The translations under genes and the position numbers were made by a program. Below are positions 55,478 to 64,000 of a stretch of 64,000 bases of DNA, in pieces. The notes under the pieces are model-generated. The model did no database searches. It was given only the letters and a program-made list of their open reading frames with translations, and was not told where the DNA came from. Source of the DNA: Mantamonas sphyraenae STR306 (lineage: Eukaryota > Protista > CRuMs); contig JAPMXV010000042.1 in assembly GCA_026936335.1 (NCBI GenBank), forward strand, positions 1-64,000, read 5' to 3'. Positions within the stretch are counted from its first letter, which is position 1. Each line of letters starts with the position of its first letter.

Positions 55478-58348
55478 ATGGCGGAGGAAGACACACTGGC
55501 CCTATTGGGCGAATTGGATGCGCTAGAGGCAGACGTGCGCAAGTCGATGATGCCAAGCGACGACATGCTGGCAGAGCTTGACCACCTTGTGGAGGAGACC
55601 GAGCACGAACTGGGCCTGGACAGGGCGAGCGAGACAAGCACGTCACACGAGAACAACGACACGCAGGGTGTACAGCCCAGTGGCGAGGAGAATGCGGAGG
55701 AGCAGGACGGAGATGTGGTGGGGCGCGTGAACACTCGTACGCGCAAAATGTCCGAGCACACGGGAGCCAGTGTACCGGACATGACACACATGGGCTCGTT
55801 CCTGGGATTCAAGGGCTTCTCTGGAGTCAAGGTCGACACGGCGCCGACGGGCAACACTCCACAGGGCACGGGGGGAGGCTTCCTTGGATCAAGCCCTCTT
55901 TTCAAGATGCTCTCCTCGGCAGAAAGCGCGTCACCAGCAGGCGTGCCGACGATGGTGTTGCCTCAGGAAGACGATCGACGACACACCATGGGCAACATGC
56001 GCGATTTGACGAGCGACGACAGGCCGCATCTGGTGCGAGCGAGCGGAGGGAGCAGTCGAAAGAGTAGGTCGGGGCAGCATCTGACAGTGGGCGGCGACAA
56101 CGACTCGTCCAACAAGCGGCGCTCGGTGCACGGAGAGCTGAGCATCAGTCACAGTGCACGGTTGAAGAGCGAAGCCAATCGCAAGCGGTAGGAGCAACAG
56201 CAGATGATGGAGGAGCACAGGCGTAGGCGAGAGGCTGAGGAACGAGAACAACACAGGCTGCCTTCGTACCAGCTGTCGGGCGAAGCCCATCGCAACAGCA
56301 TCGACGGGAACTCGAGCAAGCGCAACAGGCGAGGCTCGTCAGACAGCCAACGCAGTGGTGGCCATGGGCCAAGCGCAGGTGGAGATTCGTCTCGGGGTAC
56401 AGCAGGCGGTGAAGTGGACGACGACGACGACGACGAGGGGGCCTGCTGCTCTTGTCTGGGCTGCCGCAGCCGCGAAGACCTGTACTTTCATCCCATCTAC
56501 AAGTACTTGAACCTGAACTTTTGGTTCTTTGTAAGCGGCCTTGTGTCGTTGGTGCTTGTGCGGCTGTTTCTGGCGTACAACAAAGACCGCAGCCAGTTTA
56601 CGGTGGCCACAGCGCTGTACCAGGCGCTTGTGTACCTGATCATGAGTGTGCTTGAGGTCCAGGCGCTGTGGCAGCCATGGTTCGAGGCGTACCCGGACTT
56701 TTTCCCCATGCGACGCCAGCGCAAGATTCTGATGTCGTACAACGTGTATGCACTGGTGCAGACAGTGGTTGTGCTTGTGCTGACGCTGTCATCCGTGACC
56801 AGTACGTCAACGGCGGCGGCGGCGGAGAGCAGGATGGCGTTCTTCTGGTACTTGATGATTGTGTACATGCTTGACTATGTGCTGCGCTTCGCCGTTCCGT
56901 TCTTTTTGGTGCGTCACTGGCTGAAGCGCAACGACCGGGGCAGTGACGACCCGTTGTGGGACGAGCGTATGGCGCTGGCCGCACGCAAGTCGAAACGCAT
57001 GTCGAAGCGCAAATCGAAGCGGATGTCCATGCGCAGGCGTACCGATGCACACTTTGTGTCGGACATGCTGCTGGAGGAAGAGGAAGAGGACGAGGAAGAT
57101 GAGCAGGATGGGTACAAGGTGCGCGGGGCAGACGGAAAGTGGCGATCGCGCTCCGGATGCATGGGAAGATACGTGACCGCGCCGTGTATGCGCTGGTCGT
57201 CTGCGGTGGTCATGTTTGTGCTTGTCCTGCTGGCGGTGGCGATTGTGTACTACACACACTTTGCCACGGGGGATCGGCGACTGGACCCGAGACTGGTTAC
57301 CATTCCGCTGCTGCTGCCCTACACGGTGTTGACCTTTTTCATGCGCAGCACACACTCCAACCCAGACATGGCTTCCATCATATATGTGTCGTTCGTGCTG
57401 CACCACATGGAGTACATTGTGGTCATTTGCGGGGAGTTTGTCTCGTACCTGCGCCAGGGCGAAACCTTGGCCAATGTGGGCCACGTCACCCTAATGATTG
57501 TTGCCCTGTACGTGCTGAAGCGCACCGTGAAGCGGGTCATCAAGTGCAACGTGCGCTCGCCGCAGGCGATGAAGCTCATGTTTCCGCTGCAGTTCCTGGA
57601 AGACTTTGTGGTCAACCTGATCTTTCTGGAGGCCGGCACAGGGTTTACATTCCAGTTCTTTGTGCTCATTGTGCTGAACGCCGTGCGACAGCTGCTGCGC
57701 GACACGGCGACGGTGAAGGAGGCGTACTGGTACGTGACAAACAAGCGCTTCCCGATCGAGAAGCGGCGGCTGTCGCTGGAGAGGAGGCTGATCCTGACGC
57801 AGCAGAGCATGGTGAGCGAGTGGGTGTGCGTGGTGGGCACACCTGTGCTTGTGCTCATGGACAAGCTGATGAACAAGCTGGGCATCGGCGTTCCGAGCGT
57901 GTCGCAGGCCGTGGCCGACAACGCCTTGGTGCAAATGATCATTGCCTACCTGGTGCTGATTGTATGCCAAGTGTTTGTGCACTTTGTGACGCGGCGTTTG
58001 TTGGAACACAAGCTGGCGTCGTTCCGACAGCACATTCTGCCGATGCGCGAGAGCGAGGCCGAAGAAGAGGTGGCCAGCTTCCGATCGCGCAGCTCACAGC
58101 CGCTGCTTGCAGAATCACCGGGCGACCGGTTCACCATGTCGGGCAAGGTGGATGTGGAGGAGTTTGTGCACTTTGACCCCATGAGCGACATGCCGGCGTA
58201 TTGGCACAAGAACATGCACTGGTTTGTAAGCATGGTCATGCTGATCCTTGTCGTTGCCGTGCCTGTGCTCGCCGAGCGCTTGGACTCCTCCAACCAGCAT
58301 GTGCGTGACCCTGTGAGCCTGATGGACCTCGTAGAGGGGCTTGGATGA
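55478..58348 (+). CDS. Unknown multipass membrane protein with a long disordered N-terminus (interrupted by one in-frame TAG at 56189-56191)
   Basis: ORFs 55478-56191 and 56204-58348 are in the same frame. Roughly 11-13 hydrophobic segments. Confidence 0.7.
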
Positions 58349-60143
58349 TCGAGCGTGGCATGTGGCATGCGCTGTGCTGGTCTGTCACCGGGGACTGGTC
58401 GCTTCGGAGCAGCGCCGTGATGGTTGCCGCGCGGCCGAGGCTGCTGCGGCGGGCATAGAAGGACACAATGGACAGCACAAAGTAGCCTGCGAGAAATGAG
58501 GCCGTCTTGGTGAAGAACGTCTGCATCGCCCAGAAATCAAAAATTTCGTCCGTGTGGCTCCACCTCAGGAACTCGCGCATGTCCAGCATCGACTCGGCGG
58601 TGAAGATGTCACCGCGGGAGCGACGGAGAAGCGGTTGCGTGGACACGTTTGTGGGCGCGGAGGAAGAGGGAAGGCGAAGCGACTCTGGGACAACAGTGGC
58701 CACAAACGAGGCAATGCGGCGGTTGAGAGCCCAGGTGACCAGCGATTCGGTGAACACTTGGAAGAGAACAAGGATGAGCGTAGAGATGAGCACATGGTTG
58801 AGGATGGATGCGTTGTCCGCAGGAAGGAGGGCAAGGCGAGGCAGGCCGAGGAGCGACCAAAAGGAATCCATGAACACAAGCAGTGGAGCAGCCAGGACAG
58901 ACACCATCTCGGCCACAAGGGAGATTTGTGTGAGGATGACGCGGCGGCGCAGGCTGTTCTTGCGTTTCAAGGGGGACTCGGGTTTGCCCTTGCGCAGGAG
59001 CAGCTTGAGAAGGTCACGCTGCAGATGGGTGTGCCTCAGAAAGTGGCGCAGGGTCTTGAGGAGGAGCACGACAAACCAGGTGACTGAGAGGTTGGTGGTG
59101 GTGAGGAAGCAAAACGTGAGCAGCAGGTCCTCGATCATGATGGGGAAGAACAGCAGTCGGAGGGCCGAGAGAGGGTAGTTTCGCACGATAAGGCGCTTGA
59201 TGACATGCTTTTGCCCCCAAAAGTAGGCGACGACGAGGATGGGGACCCATGGCGAGTCGGAATGGTTCGCAAAGGCTTCGACCGCCGTGTTGGCCACAAA
59301 CGGCTGGGAGTCTGTGATGAAGCTGAGAAAACACTGTACGGTGAGATCAGCGACCAGGTCTTGCGTGCCTGCATCGGCCTGTGCGTCGCGTGGTGTTTCA
59401 CGCGGTTGAATGAAAAAGCCAAACACCCCAAACGGGATCACCAGGATGCCCAGGGCGACCCACGAGACCACAAAGATGTCCTTCTGGGACTGTGCCATGA
59501 CGTTGATGATGATGGCTGTGATGAAGAAGGTCCCGAGAATGCCCATGCCGGCTCGACTGCAGCGAAGCAGATCACGTCTCCCACGCTCCATCAATGACCA
59601 GGCGATGATGCCCATGGGGGCGGCGTACCGCACAATCAGACCCAACACGCTGTAAACCATGGCGAACAAGGCCTTCTGTCGATGCAGCTCGTCGTCGTTG
59701 CTTGCAAAGGCCCCAACGGCAAACACTGCTTGTCCGGCGAGGAGAACGACGTTGAGAGAGTTGATGAGCAGCAAGAGCTTGAATTGTAGCGGGCGGCCCA
59801 TCCAGGAGTTTGCGTCGAAGTACGGTGCAAGGAGGACCAGGGAGCGGAAGATTTGGGAGATGAGGAGGAGCAAGAGTGTGTAGCCAATCATGTCGACGGC
59901 CCTGTGCTCAATGTCCTGGTCAGAGGGCAAACTTTTGGTGAGAATCAGAGGAAGAAGCCCACCAAGTACGGTCCACGCGAGGACCTGGCTGTACAGACGC
60001 GCACGAAGGGCGATTGTTCCCCAGATTGTGTCGTTGTCATTCTGACGAAGAGCTTCCATCAAGAGCTTCACGGGGTCTTGCTCCTGCGGTGTATCCTCCT
60101 CGTTTGGCATCATCAGCTCCTCCTCCAGAGAAGGGCTTGTCAT
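58236..60143 (-). CDS. Unknown multipass membrane protein, paralogue of the convergent neighbour
   Basis: 635-aa ORF with colinear shared motifs (P.F.A, FP...ED, R..LR.T, R..SL.RR.ILTQ.S.V.E, QPLL..S.GD.FT). Confidence 0.75.
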   Translation of the reverse strand: MTSPSLEEELMMPNEEDTPQEQDPVKLLMEALRQNDNDTIWGTIALRARLYSQVLAWTVLGGLLPLILTKSLPSDQDIEHRAVDMIGYTLLLLLISQIFRSLVLLAPYFDANSWMGRPLQFKLLLLINSLNVVLLAGQAVFAVGAFASNDDELHRQKALFAMVYSVLGLIVRYAAPMGIIAWSLMERGRRDLLRCSRAGMGILGTFFITAIIINVMAQSQKDIFVVSWVALGILVIPFGVFGFFIQPRETPRDAQADAGTQDLVADLTVQCFLSFITDSQPFVANTAVEAFANHSDSPWVPILVVAYFWGQKHVIKRLIVRNYPLSALRLLFFPIMIEDLLLTFCFLTTTNLSVTWFVVLLLKTLRHFLRHTHLQRDLLKLLLRKGKPESPLKRKNSLRRRVILTQISLVAEMVSVLAAPLLVFMDSFWSLLGLPRLALLPADNASILNHVLISTLILVLFQVFTESLVTWALNRRIASFVATVVPESLRLPSSSAPTNVSTQPLLRRSRGDIFTAESMLDMREFLRWSHTDEIFDFWAMQTFFTKTASFLAGYFVLSIVSFYARRSSLGRAATITALLRSDQSPVTDQHSACHMPRSIIQAPLRGPSGSQGHAHAGWRSPSARRAQARQRQGSA

Positions 60144-60197
60144 GTTGCGGGGGACGAGAAAACGTGCGATTTTGTTTTTGATTGTGGAGCGCAGTGC

Positions 60198-62111
60198 TCA
60201 GGATTCCAACCGACTGCAATGATTAGCCGGAATGTAGCCCCTCTGTCCCGATGTGTCGACAACAAGCAACCAGCCCTCGGCTTCTCGCTGCACGGCAAAG
60301 AGGTCCCCCTTTGCGAGCGACAACTGGTTGCTGGCCGTCGCCTCGAAGGCATGCTGTGCTTGCACTCGGTATAGAATCCCTGACTGGTCCATGGAAGCAA
60401 ATGGATCCTTGCTGGAGCTCTCCTTCGTCGTCGTCGTCGTCGTCTGAATCACGGGCGTCGACGCTGTCGTTTTCGAATCGTCGCTCTTGCTCGCTTGCTT
60501 CTTCTTGCTTTTGGGCTTCTTGGACGCAGAGCTGCTGCCCTTGTCGTTGGATTGGCTTTTTTTCGCGGCTCTTCTCGCCTTTTCGCGGGGATCCTCTTTC
60601 AACAGGTGCTTGCGCGCCTCGTTGATGCCGTCGACCCAGTCGTTCAGCTCGCGTGCATTGCTTGCGTCCAGACGCAGAGCCTGCTGCGGCGACACGACGT
60701 GGAACTGGCACTTGTGTTTTCGGTCACCCTTTTTGCTGTCGTAAGGAATGGTCGTGGCTGAGCACAGAGCAACCTGCATGGTCACGTCCGCGGACGGCGA
60801 GCGGTCCGAGGCAAACACACTCAGATTCTGTTCGGTGAGTCGCACAAAGACGTCCTTCCATCCTACGCGACGGAAGCGCTTCTGGTATTGCATGCTTAAC
60901 CAGCCCTCGCGCGGGCGGAAGCCTCCTTGGGCACTGACAGTGAAGCGGCGAGGGATTCTGGCCACCTGCACATCCTGCTCCTGCTCTTCCTTGGCCTTCT
61001 CCTCCTTCTCCTTCTCCTGCGCCTCTCTTTTCTTTTGCAGAATGATGTCCCGTTGCTGCACGCTGTGCGACGCCGTCTGTTGCTTTTGCTGCTTCCAGGC
61101 CTCGGGCACGGTTTGTTCGGCGGCCAGCATGGCGTCCAGAGCTTCCTGGTCAGCTGGCAAGGCGTCGATGTGTGCTTGCAGCGACGCAAGCCACACGTCA
61201 CGTGTCTCTGCATCGGAAAAGGTGAGAAACGTCCGTGTTTGCTGCGGTGTTTTCAAGCACAACACAAACGAGCGTTTGTCGTCCTCGCTGACGTCCGACA
61301 CCGTCACACTGACCAATGAGACGTTGGAAAGGTGGGATGCAAAGTCTTCGGTGCGGAATGCGTCCAGTCGGCCGTTTGCAAAGCGCAGGAACGCTGGATT
61401 CGACTGCCCCTTCTTTCGTCCAATCCGAGCCGCCGTGTTCAGCTCCGTCGCCGCCGCAGACGGCCCGCTGTTGCTCCCTGTCTCCACCTCCACCTGTGTG
61501 TCGTCCTCACTGACGGGCGGAGGGGCACCAACGTCCTCGTCGCCGTCCGTCCAGTCCACGACCGGGGGCGGAGCAAACTCCTCGTCGTCGTCGTCTTCGT
61601 CGTCGTCGATCGGCGGTGGCGGCGGCGGTTCCTGCTCGTCCTCGTCCTCACTATCGCTCCCATCATGCTCCTGCTTCTCAAGACGCGCCATTTCGTCTGT
61701 TTGCAGCGACTCGACGAGGGCGTCAAAGTGCTGCACGGCAGCGTCCGAGTCCATCGACAAGATGGCGAGGGCGTTTTGGACGGCTTTGCCAAACGCTTCG
61801 GCGTGCCCCTCGTCCAGGAAGCCCAGGCCGTAGGTGTGACGCTGCGAGTCTGTCCAATTGTGCCAACTGATGGCTGGGCAGGTGTACTGCAAGTTGGGGA
61901 CAAGCTGAGAGGTCATGACGGCACGCTGGGACTGGAGACCCGCTGCGCGGATCGCAAAGCCGCGCGAACCTGGCAATGCGTCCAGAACAACCATGGAGCA
62001 GTCGTCTTCAGGTTCCCCCGTGGCCATGGCCTGCCACTGCTGTCCTTGGTAGTCGTACACGTGCACATGCGCGGCTGCCGTGGCGACCACAACGCCGGAT
62101 GCTGACGACAT
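60198..62111 (-). CDS. EVH1(WH1)-proline-rich-PH-PH-SH3 adaptor
   Basis: EVH1: A.V.VYD....W...Y.....WHNWTD....YGLGF....A..F. PH: REGWL...GWKDVFVRL...ELNDWVDGI. SH3: AQHAFEA....QLSLAKGD...GWL...GYIPANH. Confidence 0.85.
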   Translation of the reverse strand: MSSASGVVVATAAAHVHVYDYQGQQWQAMATGEPEDDCSMVVLDALPGSRGFAIRAAGLQSQRAVMTSQLVPNLQYTCPAISWHNWTDSQRHTYGLGFLDEGHAEAFGKAVQNALAILSMDSDAAVQHFDALVESLQTDEMARLEKQEHDGSDSEDEDEQEPPPPPPIDDDEDDDDEEFAPPPVVDWTDGDEDVGAPPPVSEDDTQVEVETGSNSGPSAAATELNTAARIGRKKGQSNPAFLRFANGRLDAFRTEDFASHLSNVSLVSVTVSDVSEDDKRSFVLCLKTPQQTRTFLTFSDAETRDVWLASLQAHIDALPADQEALDAMLAAEQTVPEAWKQQKQQTASHSVQQRDIILQKKREAQEKEKEEKAKEEQEQDVQVARIPRRFTVSAQGGFRPREGWLSMQYQKRFRRVGWKDVFVRLTEQNLSVFASDRSPSADVTMQVALCSATTIPYDSKKGDRKHKCQFHVVSPQQALRLDASNARELNDWVDGINEARKHLLKEDPREKARRAAKKSQSNDKGSSSASKKPKSKKKQASKSDDSKTTASTPVIQTTTTTTKESSSKDPFASMDQSGILYRVQAQHAFEATASNQLSLAKGDLFAVQREAEGWLLVVDTSGQRGYIPANHCSRLES

Positions 62112-62228
62112 CTGTGGGCAGGGTTTGCTTTGGCCCAGGTGACGCTGGGCCCTCGCTTGGCCAAATGTTGTCCTGAAGAGGGTCTCCTTCTCGGGGCTGG
62201 TTGCTCGTGCGAGTGCACAGCCATCGGA

Positions 62229-62885
62229 ATGAGCGAGGTTGAAGGAGGGCTGGACACGTCCGTGGTGCTGCTACACGAACGCATGGAACTGGCTCCGTGC
62301 GCTGCTGCGTTGCTGAACAGCACGTGGAAACGGTCGCAGAGCGCACGGTTGGCACAGCTGGAGCGGTGCAGCGAGCAGTTGCCTGCACACGTTCTGCTGA
62401 TCTGCACTCTCGACGAGTGGTCCGTTGCCACAGATGCGCCGCTCCCGGCAGACGGCTCCGTGAGCGAGGAAACTCATGAAGTAGTGGTGGCCCATGCGTG
62501 TGCAAAGGCTGTGCAGGGCGAGGGCAAGGAGGGTGCCGTGCTGTGCGAAAGTGTCGTCGTCCAGTCCACCCTGCGTGGCATGGGCCTCGGCCGCGCCATC
62601 ATGGACACACTGGAGCAACGTACATGTGAACTAGGCTACAGTCGCATGTATTTGTCCACACACGACAAGTACGACTTTTACGCGCATCTGGGTTTCGAAG
62701 ACGACCAGCCCGTCACCTCGCTCGGCGGCAACGCAGCCTTGCTTGACGCCAGCCAGATCAAGGGACTCGCTGGCCTATTTGGCAGTGGAACAAATGTCAA
62801 CAACAAGGACTCCTCCACGTCCAGTACATCCACAGGGGACGTGCAGTGGATGAGCAAGACGCTGGTAGCGAACAATAAGCAATAA
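62229..62885 (+). CDS. NAA80: Actin N-terminal acetyltransferase NAA80 (NAT6/FUS2)-like GNAT
   Basis: LHER.EL...AA.LLN..WKRS.SARL..L, ESVVV...LRGMGLGR, MYLSTHDK.DFY.HLGF, C-terminal WMSK.L. Confidence 0.85.
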   Translation: MSEVEGGLDTSVVLLHERMELAPCAAALLNSTWKRSQSARLAQLERCSEQLPAHVLLICTLDEWSVATDAPLPADGSVSEETHEVVVAHACAKAVQGEGKEGAVLCESVVVQSTLRGMGLGRAIMDTLEQRTCELGYSRMYLSTHDKYDFYAHLGFEDDQPVTSLGGNAALLDASQIKGLAGLFGSGTNVNNKDSSTSSTSTGDVQWMSKTLVANNKQ

Positions 62886-62962
62886 TAACCATGTACAGAG
62901 ACGCTCATCGTTGGTCATCCACCGCTCGGGCCTTGCAAACCAAACCATGGCGTGCGCAAGTG

Positions 62963-63178
62963 CTACCTGCGACTATGTGCGCCCAAGGCGCTGCTGGCTG
63001 CAGCCGAGCTGTCCGCGTGCCGCTTATCCCACTCATCCTTGGCGTACGAGCCCGCCACAAAGGCAACCGCGCCCCAGTAGATGGACGCAGAGATGGGATA
63101 CTTGCGTGGGCGAAACGCAATGCCCAGCAGCTTCTCAAACTGCGTTTCCGGCACCGGAGGCTGTGGCCGCCCGCTCAT
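62963..63178 (-). CDS. Small single-TM protein (71 aa), unknown
   Basis: MSGRPQPP...ISASIYWGAVAFVAGSYA. It fills the gap between NAA80 and RPT3 and has upstream splice-like signals. Confidence 0.4.
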   Translation of the reverse strand: MSGRPQPPVPETQFEKLLGIAFRPRKYPISASIYWGAVAFVAGSYAKDEWDKRHADSSAAASSALGAHSRR

Positions 63179-63479
63179 CCCTCTGGTTTTTCCCTGCATG
63201 CCGTCTCGCATGAACACGTGCGATGTGGTACTCACCTGTGCGAAAGAGATAGATAGAAAGGGAATGAGAGAGAGAGAGAGAGATGGAGTGTGTGCACGTG
63301 CATGTGTCCATCGGAAGAGGCGCTGGCCCATGCCTGGTTGTGCGGCGGCCCTGCATGCAACCACACACACTACCGTACAGTGTCCATCAAGGCGATGCAA
63401 CTACGAGTGTGTGGACCCCCTTAACCAAGCATTGTGTGCATTTTGGCAACTCCTCTCTCGGTTTTCCCTCACCCTGCGA

Positions 63480-64000
63480 TTACGAGTAGAAAGCAAACTC
63501 GGTGTCCGACTTGACAATTTGGATCTTGTAGGCCTTTTCAAAGTCGGCGGGCATGACCACGTAGCGGTTCTTGCGCACTGCCTGCATGCCTGCCTCCTGG
63601 CACACCGAAGTGATCTGGGCGGCGCTGATCTTGTCCGGGCGTGACACGTAGTCCTCAAGGTCGACCTCCTCGCTCAGGTTCATCTTGGAGGTGACGACCT
63701 GGTAGATGAGGCGCTTTTGGCGGCGGTCGGGCAGAGGAAACTCGATCTTACGATCCAGGCGACCCGGACGCAGCAGAGCCGGATCGAGCGTATCCTGCCT
63801 GTTGGTGGCCATGATCACCTTGACGTTGACCGTCACGTCAAAGCCATCCATCTGATTCAGCAGCTCCAGTAGAATGCGCTGCACCTCTCGGTCTGCGCCT
63901 GTTTGTGCGTCGAAACGCTTGGTTGCAATGGCGTCGATCTCGTCGATAAAGATGACGGCGGGTGAGTTCTCCTTGGCCATGCGGAAGACGTCGCGCACCA
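63480..64000 (-). CDS. PSMC4: 26S proteasome AAA-ATPase RPT3 (3' part; runs off the window)
   Basis: [57 protein letters not shown]-terminal HbYX FYS. Confidence 0.97.
   Translation of the reverse strand, partial: VRDVFRMAKENSPAVIFIDEIDAIATKRFDAQTGADREVQRILLELLNQMDGFDVTVNVKVIMATNRQDTLDPALLRPGRLDRKIEFPLPDRRQKRLIYQVVTSKMNLSEEVDLEDYVSRPDKISAAQITSVCQEAGMQAVRKNRYVVMPADFEKAYKIQIVKSDTEFAFYS

Noticed and set aside
56189-56191. TAG reassignment (alternative genetic code)
   Set aside because: TAG ends PNKP, DUF3228 and the calpain at plausible C-termini, and no conserved domain in the window contains an internal TAG.
49985-61740. Additional LD-like helices (VPS9 QLGDFLSSL, membrane protein DDMLAELDHL, EVH1 protein FDALVESL)
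   Set aside because: They are single imperfect matches, and short amphipathic acidic helices are common. Only the fourfold calpain array is persuasive.
30536-63285. Microsatellites (GCT)n ~30536-30571, (GT)n ~51900-51918 and (GA)n ~63266-63283
   Set aside because: Ordinary short repeats (coding poly-Ser or intergenic) with no sign of special function.

Overview
This window is the left end of a eukaryotic chromosome. It starts with (CCCTAA)n, i.e. TTAGGG telomere repeats, followed by about 64 kb of very compact, GC-rich protist-like DNA with about 25 genes, short GT-AG introns (about 70-320 nt), one GC-AG intron and tiny intergenic gaps. The subtelomere (0.5-23.3 kb) holds an orphan duplicated-domain protein and three giant cell-surface multipass receptors. 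One has a beta-helix, PSI modules and about 16 Cys-rich 78-bp repeats; the other two are a tandem pair of CUB-like/RCC1/TNFR-like receptors homogenised by patchy gene conversion. The interior carries NELF-B, SAS10/UTP3, an ankyrin protein, an HPDL/HMS-type dioxygenase, a calpain with paxillin-like LD motifs, TM9SF, a pseudo-cyclase, a WWE-PNKP fusion, DUF3228, PP2C, an anchored TPR protein, VPS16, VARP-like VPS9, an LRRC72-like protein, a PPPDE-like protein, a tail-to-tail pair of unknown multipass paralogues, an EVH1-PH-PH-SH3 protein head-to-head with NAA80, and the 3' part of RPT3. The most notable signals are an adhesion/actin toolkit usually discussed for animals (calpain-LD, EVH1 scaffold, NAA80), the WWE-PNKP, the receptor array, and a transcription-independent C-to-G strand-skew switch near 49 kb. 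About nine frameshifts in homopolymers or short repeats look like consensus errors. All family calls come from motif recognition by eye, not from database searches.
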